DNA of 64,000 nucleotides from Daphnia carinata (lineage: Eukaryota). Each line of letters opens with the position of its first letter. The first letter of the stretch is position 1. Shown in pieces: positions 24,901-40,900 of this stretch. The stretch covers positions 13,144,001-13,208,000 of the forward strand of contig NC_081331.1 in assembly GCF_022539665.2 (NCBI RefSeq), read 5' to 3'. A program made the translations under genes and the position numbers. The notes beneath the pieces are model-generated. The model saw only the letters and a list, made by a program, of their open reading frames with translations. It made no database searches and had not been told where the DNA came from.

Positions 24901-25775
24901 CCAACTCAAAGAAAAATTCTGAAGGTAAAGTATGTCTCTTAAGATGTTCATAAAGCATGTTATAGTAATTCTTCTTGACAGGCTCTGTGAGGAAGCCTTC
25001 CAACAAAAGGGCAAGGGCAGCACAGAGCTCAGTTTTGATGTTCACAAGTAGCTCCCTTACTGCAGATATACTGCATTTCTTGGAATATTTTTTCTCATGT
25101 TCTTCCATTCTTGAATAGCAATCAATCAAGTACTGGAGACAGTTGATTTGAGAACCATCTTGAAATAACTGGGTTGGCTTGTCCGCAGAATACATTATTA
25201 GGTCTAATGCTTCCATGATCAAGTCAGTCACTGTTAGCATAACACTATTGTTATCCATGTGGCCTATGCTTGTCAAAACAGGATGGGTTGGCCAAACTGA
25301 AGATAAAATTATGCAGGTCTTCTCAGATTTGAGGGAAATACGGAGAATTCTTGTAACAGTTGAGTAAAGGAAATTTTCAGTATAAAAATTGTCAGCAGTA
25401 GACTGGACTTTGGATGGAGTGACTGCACATTCATCAGTATCCATGGCTTCAATTTTTCGTGGTGTTGTAGTATCCATGTCCACTGCTTCGATCTTCCGGG
25501 GAGTAGTTCCATCAATGTCCATTGGATAGTTTTTAACAGGTGTGGAAGGTGTGTACAACATGGACCCATTTTCCATGAAAAGAGCATTGCTCGGTTCCGC
25601 TGAAGTTGTGGCTGGAGATAAACTGGGACTGCTCAGTGGACCAACTCCAGTGGACATGACTGCAAGTCGAGCCAATCTACGCTGACGTATCTGCATAAAT
25701 GAAAGTAAGAATAATAGAAACGGAAATCTTCAAAAAGAACAAAATTTTTACCTCTTCCTGAGTAAGTTCACTCAT
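21925..25775 (-). CDS. UBE4B: Ubiquitin conjugation factor E4 B (Ufd2P core + U-box), ~1068 aa
   Basis: Exons 25775-25752, 25690-24494, 24413-23874, 23805-23609, 23454-23265, 23201-23037, 22956-22548, 22475-22288, 22221-21925 total 3207 nt in frame. N-terminal [11 protein letters not shown]; Ufd2 core motifs [77 protein letters not shown]-box [38 protein letters not shown]. Confidence 0.96.
23455..23608 (-). other. UBE4B intron 4 composed of two adjacent hairpins (candidate intronic structured RNA)
   Basis: Hairpin B at 23591-23529 (ATTCTATAA/TTATAGAAT, TAACCG/CGGTTA). Hairpin A at 23524-23459 (ACAGA/TCTGT, ATAA/TTAT, CAATTTC/GAAATTG) ends 4 nt before the end of the intron. At 154 nt it is about twice the length of the other UBE4B introns. 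Confidence 0.45.
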
Positions 25776-26928
25776 TTTTACGCACAAACAAAATGTTTAA
25801 ATTATCACCAATCTTGTCTAGTCATTTGTATCGCCAAACCAGCTGATTCGAACAAGAATAAAGAAAGCACCAGAGTTGGCTGTTAGGGTGGAGGATAGCC
25901 GATACAGTGGTATACTTCATTTATCGATTCTTAGCACTTCGATTTTTAAAAACGTTTGCATTATTTTTCGATCACATGCAATCAGCAAAAAGTTAAAAAC
26001 TTAAGCTTTATTTATGATTTACATAAAAGCTCTCAGTAATTGTTACGCCCAAGTCGATAACCATCTGAACCCCACGAAAAAATAATAAGCCGCAGGGTTT
26101 TTACCTTAGTCCGTGTATGGGTGGATGTTGCAAACATGTATCTGTGTGTAGGGAATTCCGCGTGAACAGTAAAAACAAATTGTGTAACGTCATGCCAATT
26201 TAGCTACGACGTTATAAACACACGGGAGATCAGCGAGCGTAAAGCAAGTCTTACAGTAACCTATACTTTGAACATACATGATCATTTTGCGATAAAAGCA
26301 TAAATTTCACATCACATTTCACATTTATTAGTTGTAGAAAGGTAACTCTTAACAGAAGCATTTTTGAAAATTTTTACCTTGTAGTTTTCATGCTCCTTGC
26401 GCTTCAATGCTGCCACAAAAAAAACTAGAAAGAATTCGAAATGTTACGTTTATCATGTGCCTTATACACAGAATATCGCTTGGCTCTGTTTTCGAGTGTC
26501 GAACGCTTGAGAAGCTGCAAGAATTTCAGTACAATGCACGAGCTGAACGTCCCAAAAAGAAAATAGAAAAGGAGCTTGCATTACGTTTTGAATAGAAAAC
26601 CTCGAACTTAGCCTCAGCTCTGGAACCATTTATCTTTATTAGCAGAAGGGGTGCATTACTTGGCAACAACGTGCCAAACGCGCAGGTTCATACATAGTGA
26701 TAATTGCTGCATGTTTGCGCTGCCAAAAAGTCTTCAGAGTTGCTTCATCTTACTTTTGGTAACTTCTTCCTCATTGCATCTGAAAAGTAAGTAAACTTCA
26801 TAAAATGATTTCCCATTCTTGTACATTAACAAACAGAGCTGAACACGTGAGAGAACGAATTGGAGATGAATAAATAAGCCAATGCACGCGCTCACGGGTG
26901 AAACAAGTAATTTAGACAAAAAACATAC

Positions 26929-28664
26929 CTAATATGTTGCTGATTTGAAGCTTCCTTTTTTCCGGTTTGATTTTTTTGTCAAAAAATATTTCCTTCAACT
27001 TATCGAGTTCAATAGCCGCAGAACCAAATTGAACATCCTGGGCTTGAAGTAAGCCTATTTGTTGAAGAAAAAAGAAAGTATTTGAAATTAAATAATGCTT
27101 TTTTCGTCAATATTTTGTCGAAAAACTATTACCGCTGAGGTATTGAAAAACCAGTTCAGCACACTTGGCAGCGCTTTTCGTTTCCAACTGAGCCCATAGA
27201 AAACAAATTATGAGGTTCTGATCACGGCACTGGGGATCTATTGCCTGCTTCTTGCTACGGCTAGATTCTAACCGAGCTGAGAATGGGAATGGGCGAATAA
27301 AATTGCGAATTAGCGATTCCCCGTATTCAAGCTGGAACCAATTCAGCAACTCCAAATGATTTTCTGACTGCTTCATGATACTCAACAGTGTGAACATCAC
27401 ATTGGAGATGCACGTAAGTAATGCAATGCTCTCTATTCCAACCAGTGAGTTAGCTAAAATCAAAACAGAATTTCATTAGTAACACGATAATTAACAAATC
27501 TTGAAAGCAGTTAGGGCCGTACCTTGATCTTTATTTAGCTGCTCGCTAGCCATGGCTTCAACCCACGTTTCAATTAAGAGAGGAAGAATTTGAGAAGCGA
27601 ATCCCTGAATATGGAGGCTAGGTGAATTGCTATCATTAACTGACAAATGTCCTGGTTTCTGAATATTTAGTCTAACGTCAAAGTTTCTTTTCATGTACAG
27701 GGGGCAAGATTTTCCATGATCAAACACAATATCTACTGTGTTTGACTGGTATTCTGTTTGGTTTTTCTCAAGAAGTAAAATAAGAAGTTGATTGACACGG
27801 GTAAGCACTTCTTGCCTCCATTTTAACGACGTCAGCCGTTGAGTAGGATTAATTGTCAGTACGCGCCTATCACCTTTTGAAATATCTCGAGACGAGATCT
27901 GTTCCAGAAAGTTAGGAAGAATCTGTTATAACAAAAAAAAACCTTGATTGTTATATTTAGCTTAGCAGATGAGTTTCTAAGTTTCTAACATGAAATACTA
28001 GACCTGCATGGTGGCTGTGGAAACCAGACCAGGAACATGATTGAGGAGGATGTCCAGAAGTAAATGAGAGTCCTTTTGAATATCTAGTGAGATATGATTC
28101 ATGCAGCATACTAGGCGGGCATTAAGAAGAGGGAAAAAGGGAGCAATATTTTCAGCTGAAGTAGATTGAATAATGTGCTCCAGTAATTTCAGTGCACACT
28201 TTCGAACTGGGGCATCACGCACAGACATTAATTCTGACACTTTGCTCAAGAGCGATGACAATGAAACATCGAGTACAGCTGGAAATTTAACCAAAAGCTC
28301 CTTCATCCCATTGATACCATCTTGTTGTACACCAGCATTGAAATGGCCCATGTGGGCTAAAAGTTCCTATTAATCAAACAGTGTTATACATGTAAAATTT
28401 TGGTTAAATTACCTTTTTTACATCAATTACCTTGAACGTTTGTTTTCTGTGATTTAATGGTACTCCGCTATCTTCACTGGGTCGTAAATGGTCAGGCAAA
28501 ACTATTTTCTTACTTTTAAAGCTAGTATCTGTCACATTTAAGCCTTTGGGTAGCAACTGTCCTTTTTTCCTTTTTCCACTTTTTTCGGCTTTAAACGTGA
28601 GCTTCAATTTAATTTTATTCTTTTCCTTACGGAATTCTTTCTTATGTTTAGTGCTTTTAGTCAT
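26929..28664 (-). CDS. TEX10: Testis-expressed protein 10 / Ipi1 homolog (rixosome subunit); 3' end unresolved
   Basis: Exons 28664-28431, 28366-28004, 27922-27523, 27453-27133, 27054-26929 are phase-compatible. Basic N-terminus with LPKGLNVTDTSFKSKKIVLPDHL, ELLAHMGHFNAGVQQDGINGMKELL, IAPFFPLLNARLVCCMNHI..IQKDS..LLDILL (Ipi1_N-like), ILPNFLEQIS, ILPLLIETWVEA. Terminal exon(s) below 26929 could not be fixed. Confidence 0.85.
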
Positions 28665-28915
28665 TTCAGAGAAATTTTTAACACGTGATTTTTGAAACTA
28701 AATTAAATTACAAACACGCTGGTTTGTTGGTTGGGCACTTTCATTCTTTCATCTGCTACGTCTGCTACGTTGCCTCGTTGCATAAATTTTTATTTGTTGC
28801 GCATCGCGCGCATTTCGAATTCGAGCAACAAAAATATTGTAAAGAATAAAAAAACAACAAAAATAAGGATACTTACGATTGTCCTATCCTATCCTTACTG
28901 AAACACATTAAGGAA

Positions 28916-29473
28916 CATAAAAACTTACATAAAAACTTACGGGTATCGAAGAGGGTCACATATCCCGATGATTAGCTGCCTGCATCCATGAACCGTCTTT
29001 CAGGCCATGGGGAGTCCTACGAACAACCTACGTTCTACGATCACCTCTTCTCTACCTTCAGTTTGTTGGTCGATCTACAACGTGTAGTAAGCGGTACTAC
29101 AGATCGATGTATACGTGTTCTTGTGTATGTGTCGTGTAGGTGTATGTGTGTAGTGGTTTTTTTTATTGTTGTGCCATTTAGCCCCTTTATAGTAGGCATG
29201 GCTCTTCTTTCTTCTCTTCTTTCTTGCAGTCTTCTTCTATCCATTTTGTGAAGAAGATGTCCGAAGCGATGAGAATTTTCCGAATCTGTAGTGAAGATGC
29301 TGAATGTTGCGTAATCCGTTGAATCATCTTGAATGATGAAGTGGAGGGAGGGTGGGAGGACATGGAGGGAGGGGCGGGAGGAAATGGAGGGCTTGGAAAT
29401 TGGCGGTGGCGGGACTTGAACCCGGGGACTACAGATTACAAAGCGTGGGTGATAACCACTGTGCCAGGACCGC
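28916..29473 (-). mobile_element. Candidate tRNA-derived SINE (~560 bp)
   Basis: 5' tRNA-like head with A and B boxes (29473-29401), a CT-rich linker, a structured body with hairpins, and a 3' tandem tail (GTAAGTTTTTAT)x2 at ~28939-28916. No target-site duplication was identified, and no second copy is present in the window. Confidence 0.5.
29401..29473 (-). pseudogene. Degenerate tRNA-like sequence (anticodon-loop position reads TGT, Thr-like); SINE head or tRNA pseudogene
   Basis: Minus strand reads GCGGTCC-TGGCACAGTGG (A box, 29466-29456)...CTTTGTAA...CCGGGTTCAAGTCCCG (T-arm/B box, 29422-29412)-CCACCGCCA. Acceptor and anticodon stems contain mismatches, so a functional tRNA is unlikely. 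Confidence 0.65.
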
Positions 29474-29542
29474 ACATCTTGGTTTGGTTAGTTTTGGGTG
29501 TCACCTATTCATATAGGCGGCTTATGTAGATAGTGCGGGAAA

Positions 29543-29634
29543 GTGAAGTATGGCGCTGTGGCATCATTTGCGGCTGCCTTACTGATTGCACAGGTTCGAG
29601 TCTTTGTTGACATATTGTTTAACGCTTTTTTTTT
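29543..29634 (+). other. Second degenerate tRNA-like / type-2 Pol III promoter module with oligo-T terminator
   Basis: A-box-like TGGCGCTGTGG (29551-29561), B box GGTTCGAGTC (29593-29602) at tRNA-like spacing, and a T9 run at 29626-29634. Cloverleaf stems pair poorly. Confidence 0.4.
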
Positions 29635-30353
29635 AGCAAATTTGATCTACGGCCATTTTTTTGCTTGTCAAACACCTCCTTTTTCCCTTTTAGTCATTAA
29701 CTCTCTTATATCAAGTTCATTGTTTATAAACTAATGAAATAAAAGGTATCTCGTTGTTTCAAAAGTGTACTATAATATTTGAACTACAACATGCATAAGG
29801 AAAGTCTAAATTATTTACATATCGTAGCGAGGTAGACACATTGATACTGCACAAAACAGAAATCAGGATTGCTTGCGTGTCTATTCAACAGATTAGCAGA
29901 GAAGACGCCGGAGCAATCCTTAATATTAAAAAGACAACTGATGAGCATGCGATCATTTTCATTAAGAAAAAACCTTGCATATTGAGGGCAAAATTTAAAG
30001 GAAGTGCGAAAGAATTTTTTTTTCTCTTTTTTCTTTTTCCAGACAATCCTCTCATAACAGAAACATTACGGGGACCAGTAGAGAAATTTGAACATAAAAA
30101 ACGAAACTAGCAATGGAGAAAACTAAAGAAAAAAAGCACGGTACAATGTTACAAATAGAAGAATTGGCTGCGTCAGCTGAATCTTGAGGATATCACTGCG
30201 CTTTGCGAAGCGACAATAGAAATAACAATAAATGAGATCGCACGCAAGTTTGAAAAGAAGGGAAAAATTATACAGGCAGTTCTGGTAGATGGTCATCCTA
30301 TCTGTTTGATTGATTGTTTTTTTTTTTTTTGCCATTAATAATAAAAAACATTT

Positions 30354-34988
<4,635 letters not shown>

Positions 34989-37900
34989 CTGAATAACCGA
35001 AAAAATCGTGTTTGAATAAGAATAAACACTTCGTAATTTACGTCGTCATAGCAACGATCATATATTGATATAAGGGCATCCAAAAAAAAAAAAAAAAATT
35101 TGTCCGCCATTGGTAAATAGTGCCCTATCGTAAAAAGGAGCCCTAACTCGATGACAGAATGTGTTTCTTTTTCCACTAAAGGGAACTGCAAAAGTGCCCT
35201 TTTCCGGAGGGGGTTAGCGGTTGAACACAAAACCAACGGAAGGCTCAAATCCATAGCGTCCATAAAACGCTAGTGGGCTCTGGATGTATCCATCGGAAGA
35301 GGGCGAAAATGAACTTGGGCATAAAAATGAAGCCAATTTCATTGGGAGGGATAAATGCAGTGAAGAAAAAAATCGAGCAATACAATAAGAGGTGGGGCAT
35401 GTGTGTCTATAGGATCATTACCAGTCCATTTTAGATGCTTTGATTCTCTTTCTGTGTTCCCTATTATTACGTGTCATATATGAACCCCCTTCCCATCTTT
35501 CTTTTCTCCTTCCTTACTTTGGCATCTCTTTCTCGCTTACGCGTCACACTCCAGTTCTAATTCGCCCCTCGTTCGATTCGACCATTAACCAACAAGTCCG
35601 GTCGGAAAGTACACAGACTAACTACGTGTGCTTGGCCAGCATCCAGCCCTGTATTCAATCGGCTAATTTGAACGGGGGAAAAAGGAGAAGAAAAACGTTA
35701 AAATGAAGTAAAAAAAAAAAAAAGAGAGAAAAAGCCACGAAGGAAAATCAAAAAGAAACTACTGGACCGCTAGAGGGTATAAAAGAAAGAGATTAGCCTT
35801 ATTGAATGGGGACGGAGAGTGTGCGGAATTGAAGTTGATGGTCTGTTCGGCCACCCGCACCGTGTTAATAGCCCTCGAATTCGAACTACGTGACTTGAAT
35901 ACACAATGAAAAAAAAAAATACCGTTGGCTAATGATTCTGTGAATGCTGAGAAATGCACCTAAAAAACCATCGCCAAATAACAGCTGATTTTACTTTAAA
36001 AACATGACGATGCGGCTTGTTTGAGTTTTCTATTTGCGACTTACGAAATAAAGGCATCGATAGCAATGGGTAAAAAAAAATGAGAGAAAGACTGACCCTG
36101 CAAATGTCAATAAACAATATTATAGAAAAGTAAGCCTGTACACGGGGTAGGTTCTTACAAATGACAAGAAATAAATAGTGGGGCACAGACAGCCGATGTG
36201 TACACGGTGACAACAGTAGATCTATTGAAAAATTGCCCAGACTCTGATGCACAGCCTTCCATACACAATATAATTATACATGGAGAGCTCGTCCGTTCCT
36301 CATGATCGCTCTACCGCAACAGCACCTTCTCCATATGGTATAATACACACACCTCCGATTTATCTTCGTGGGGTCAACAATATGAAAAAAAAAAAAAGGT
36401 ATAGGCTATACTGATTGGCCCTATTGTCGTCGGATGCCTGCGCCCCATGCATTGTAACTCATAGAAGATTTCAAACGATTTCCCAATGTGACATTCGACG
36501 GTTCCCTTTTTCCAAATAGATATGTCTGCTACTATACAATGAAGAGGATGATCGTTGTCGATATCTAATGGCACATCCAATTTGCTGGACCTTGTCTCCA
36601 GCATGGAAAAAAAAATAACTGGTATTCAAAAATGAAAGATCCATCGACTTTCAATGAGGTCCCTTTGGCCGCTGTCAGCAAAGGTGCCATTTATTACCTT
36701 CAACAAATAATACTCTGCCCGGTAGCTGATAAAGATCAAAAATTCAATCCGAGTTCGCATTGTATCCAGATCCTGCGTTTATCAAATAACAACGATCCCC
36801 GCGACTCCATAACTGATGGATCAATTTCCATCGAACTGTGCTCCATCGGCCAGTAGATTCTTCTATTGGAATCCTTAAATCTGCAGCTAGTAAACTTCGC
36901 TGTACGTGTATGCAATCTTAGAAGTCTATAAATACGTTCACAACTCTATATAATAAAATGCGAAAAAAAGGGCATGATGAAATCGTGGAAAAAAAAAGTG
37001 TAAAGTGGAGATGTCGGTTATCCATAAAAAGGAAATCAGAGGGAATAAATACTATTGGCCTTTAAATATGTGCGCTGTATATCAATATAATCTATACGCA
37101 GGATAGTGAAAAAAAAAAGAGGGGAGAGGAAGTGGAACGATGGCAACACGGTTGTTGGTGGGTTTTTCTTATGCCCTATTCACATTGAAATAAAGGGCGC
37201 ACACGCTACGTGGGGAGCGAATGAAGAATAAAAAGAGAAATGTGTTGTGCTGCCACAAGAGCAGCAGCTATTCACGCTGCATGTACACGACAGCGATTGT
37301 CACTTAACTCGCCGTATATAGAGTGCCGTCTGCTCTCTAAGTGCTTCCTAATGACAGCAGCCGTGCAGCAGCTCATAGAGAATGAGCGCAAAAAAAAGAG
37401 AGAATATACTATATATGTACCGTGTGCGTTGCTTTGATGGAAAGCAACGAGCGATTGTATACTGAGATTGAGACCGAGATAACAAAAAAGAGCTGCCACT
37501 TGCCACGATGAAAAGGCTATATGGAAGGCGCAGCACCATCACAATCTATGTGCCTTTGTTAATGTATGATAACAATATATAGCTTTCATTTACTGCTTAC
37601 TTCGAATATTATGAATCCATAATAGAATTGAGGTTTTGCACGTTAACGGACCTAATGAAAGTATGTAGATTACGCTGACATTGGAGGTGTGTCATTGGCT
37701 GAAATTTCATAAATGGCTAGGTACAGGGGAAGGAATGTTTGCAGTGTTCTCTGTTTGATTTAATAAAAGCGAAATAACCTTCAAATTTGAAGGCTGTAGA
37801 TAAAGGCTAGGACGTGCAGAGAACAATTCACGTTGACTATGGGGCGCTATAGTTCTGCTGCTTAAATGGCATCGTGGGAGAGGGGCGAAGTATTGATTAT

Positions 37901-40900
37901 GTTGGATCCATTAAGAGTGGATCATAACTCACTCGCAGGGTCACACATCAACTCGTCCTTGATTATCTCCACTATTTTCGCAAGTTTCTTCTCATAGACT
38001 GACAGCGAGTACAAGCGATTGAAAATGTCCTTATCTCAGACTACAACGATAGAAACGTACCTAAACGCAAACATCCGACGTCACAACACGAATGAAAAAA
38101 CAAAAAAACATTCGTAAAGGTGAAACAGAGTATTAGATAAGGCAAAATCTGACGCAGTTTAGCGCAATCTTCTTCCAAAAATTCCTATACTCACCAGTAA
38201 GAAAAACACATTAGCTTCCCGTATGCCCAATGTACATATACGAGGTCAAATTGTCGGTATAGAGATATCCGGAATGGGTGGAGTTTGGCGCGATCACTCG
38301 AGCGGAATTGTATAGAGACATTACGCATTAAGGGCAGGCCGCAAAAACGGGCGTCAATAGGCAAGCAATTGTCGATGAATGGGCCAATGTATAAGCCGCT
38401 ATAGTTGATAGTCTTCGGGAGGGCATCGATAGAATCGAGAACCCCCTCCCCCCCAAAAAAAGAGGGGAAAAAGAAACATCACCCCTCGGCATCATGGATA
38501 TATAGCCTGGCCCCCAAAAAAAAGTTGGAAAAAGAAAAATGTGAAAAATATATGTAGGAGAGGGGTCTAATAGAGCGCACCGGCAACAAGCGAGGGCTCT
38601 ATATAGACACGCTATAAAAGCCATGATATAAAAGACTATTTGATGGCATTCAACAGCAGCAGCGGTGAAGAAGATGTCACCTTTTTATTATCAGCTGCAG
38701 TGTATGCCCCTGTTGGAACGTCCTGTATAGGCTATAGAAATTAGAAGCGAACACACGATTCTCAATAGGATCATGCATCGGAGGAGGAGACCCCGAAGAA
38801 AGAAGAGGAAGACGAAATTTGAAAAGAAAAAACGGCGAAAGGAATTCCCTTCTTATTTCGAACGATTTGGGTTGTTGAAAAAAATAGGAGGGAGGGGGAG
38901 GCAAACCGGATGAAAAGGATCGCTTCCAGCACATTATGCCCGTCCGTCCGTGTGTATAGAGACGTCAATGATGGGAACAAGAATACGAAGGAGGAGGAGA
39001 CGAAATGGCCGCATTGCTGCGTAGTCGTGATGGGCACAGTGTAAAACCTCCGACACCTCCCCTTTTTGATCCGGCGTGTTAAGTCTTTGACACAATCTAC
39101 TGGGCGATATGTCCATTGGGGGGGGGGGGGATTTAAAAAAGAGAGATTTCTATTGTCTGATACATCTGATGGGTTTAGGGCGTATTTTTATCGAAGACCT
39201 TATTTGTGGTATTCAACAAAGTCTATTTCTCTTGTAGGACGATCCTCTTTTTCACGCCCTCCTTATGCAAAATTAGAAAGCGTTTGTTCTATACAACGTT
39301 AAATGCTACGCAAGTACCTGATTGGAAAAGAACGTAGTCTAATCTAAAATTTGCTCCAACTTTAATGGTAGCAAGAAATAACAGGATACTGATTACAAAC
39401 GATGGCTCTGACAACACAGGTGTTAAGCCCTCTTCGTTTGCATGTCAAAAAAAGAAGAGCGACAGCACGATGATCTGGACAATATAAAAAAAATGATAAT
39501 AAGAGGCTCTCTTCTATCTATAGCTCGGTAGAAAACAACTTGGCTGACCTCTTCGCCTATACATCTATTTACAAAAGATATGCAGTACGTCTTCCCATAT
39601 GGCTAATAAAAATGTCTGTAGTTTGAAATGTGTTATCTCTTTGGCGGTTTTCTCTTTTTTTTTCCGCTTGAACATTTGACGTGTTTGATTCCTTTCTTTT
39701 CGACCTATTTTCATTGATAAGGAAAATTGTTCCTCCACCGCTTTTACCACGGATGTGGCTCCTCCTGTTCATGCCCCTTGTCAGGCTGAAAAATAGAGAA
39801 GGTACGTACATTCAATAGATAAGTTGATGGTGAACATGGGGAAATAGAAACCCTAGATCCCTTTTTTTTTTTTGCCAGACACCAGAGGTGTCTATATAAT
39901 GCGAATATGAATAGAAGAGAGTGAGATATAGATTTCACAGTTTGTTCCCCTTCGATGAAAAAACGAAGAAGAGCCGTGTGGATGAGGAGACAAACAATCG
40001 CGCACAGAAGCCGCTGCTCGCCGGCTCTGACATTTTCTATTCATTTTCAAATTCTCGCCATTCAATTTTTATTTTTCCCCGTGGGGCTAGTGTGATAATA
40101 TTTTTTAAAAGAGAAGGAGAAACAGGGATGGCCTGCTTTATTCTATTGACTAATTTTCATTGTTACGTCGGCCGGGATCGTCCGGATATACAAGCAATAG
40201 CCTATTATTCTCTCTCCAGTTTTCAATTACGGCTCAATTTTTTTATACACAATGCCGATGTGTTGTGTGATGATGACGATCCTATCATTAAATGCTCGGT
40301 GTGAAATCTTTAGAATTAAGCCTTTTAAAAAATTGGTGAGAAAGCGAAATAGAACTGTCGACGCAACAACCAACTGTCCCCAAAGTGATTTGAATGCTGC
40401 CTCTCTTAACCGCAAACTTCCCCCCTTTAGTTTTTGCCCAGTTGGAGTGCAAAAAAAAAAAAAAATGAAAGAGACACTGGACAGAGTCAGATGACCATAC
40501 AAGTAAAAATTTGCCCTCTACTTCTTGAAGATAAACTGGTGAGAAAAAAAAAGAAGAATCAAAAGACACAAACAGAACAAGAAAATGAGAGGAGAGACAT
40601 TAATACGTAGCGCAACGGCCGTTTCCGGCCCCTTACACAACCAACCGCCACCCCCGTCATTTCACCCTCCTGATGTTTTGATGGGGCCGACCGAAGACAA
40701 AAAAAAAAAAAAATCAACGCGTTAAGAGAGATGAGGTCATTTTCCCATCAGCCGCCGTTTTTTTTTTCTCTCTTTTACCCTGTAAAAAATGGAGAGACTC
40801 AACTCCTTATTTTCTTTTCTTGACGTTCATTGAGAAGAAAGAGGGGGGTGAAAAAAAAACATCAGCCATATAGTTTTTCTTTTCTTCAATTAAATTTAAT

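Noticed and set aside
28940..29110. Hammerhead or HDV-like ribozyme, 7SK or telomerase RNA in the structured segment
   Set aside because: No complete CUGANGA..GAAA core, no HDV nested pseudoknot, no recognisable 7SK ends and no CCTAA-repeat template by eye.
29401..29473. Functional tRNA-Thr(TGT) gene
   Set aside because: Acceptor and anticodon stems have multiple mismatches; kept only as a tRNA-derived sequence.
38194..38330. Candidate upstream hamlet exon ending at a GTGAGT donor
   Set aside because: The phase-0 frame needed to join 34988 is closed shortly upstream, has no ATG and is not PR-like; at most a UTR exon.
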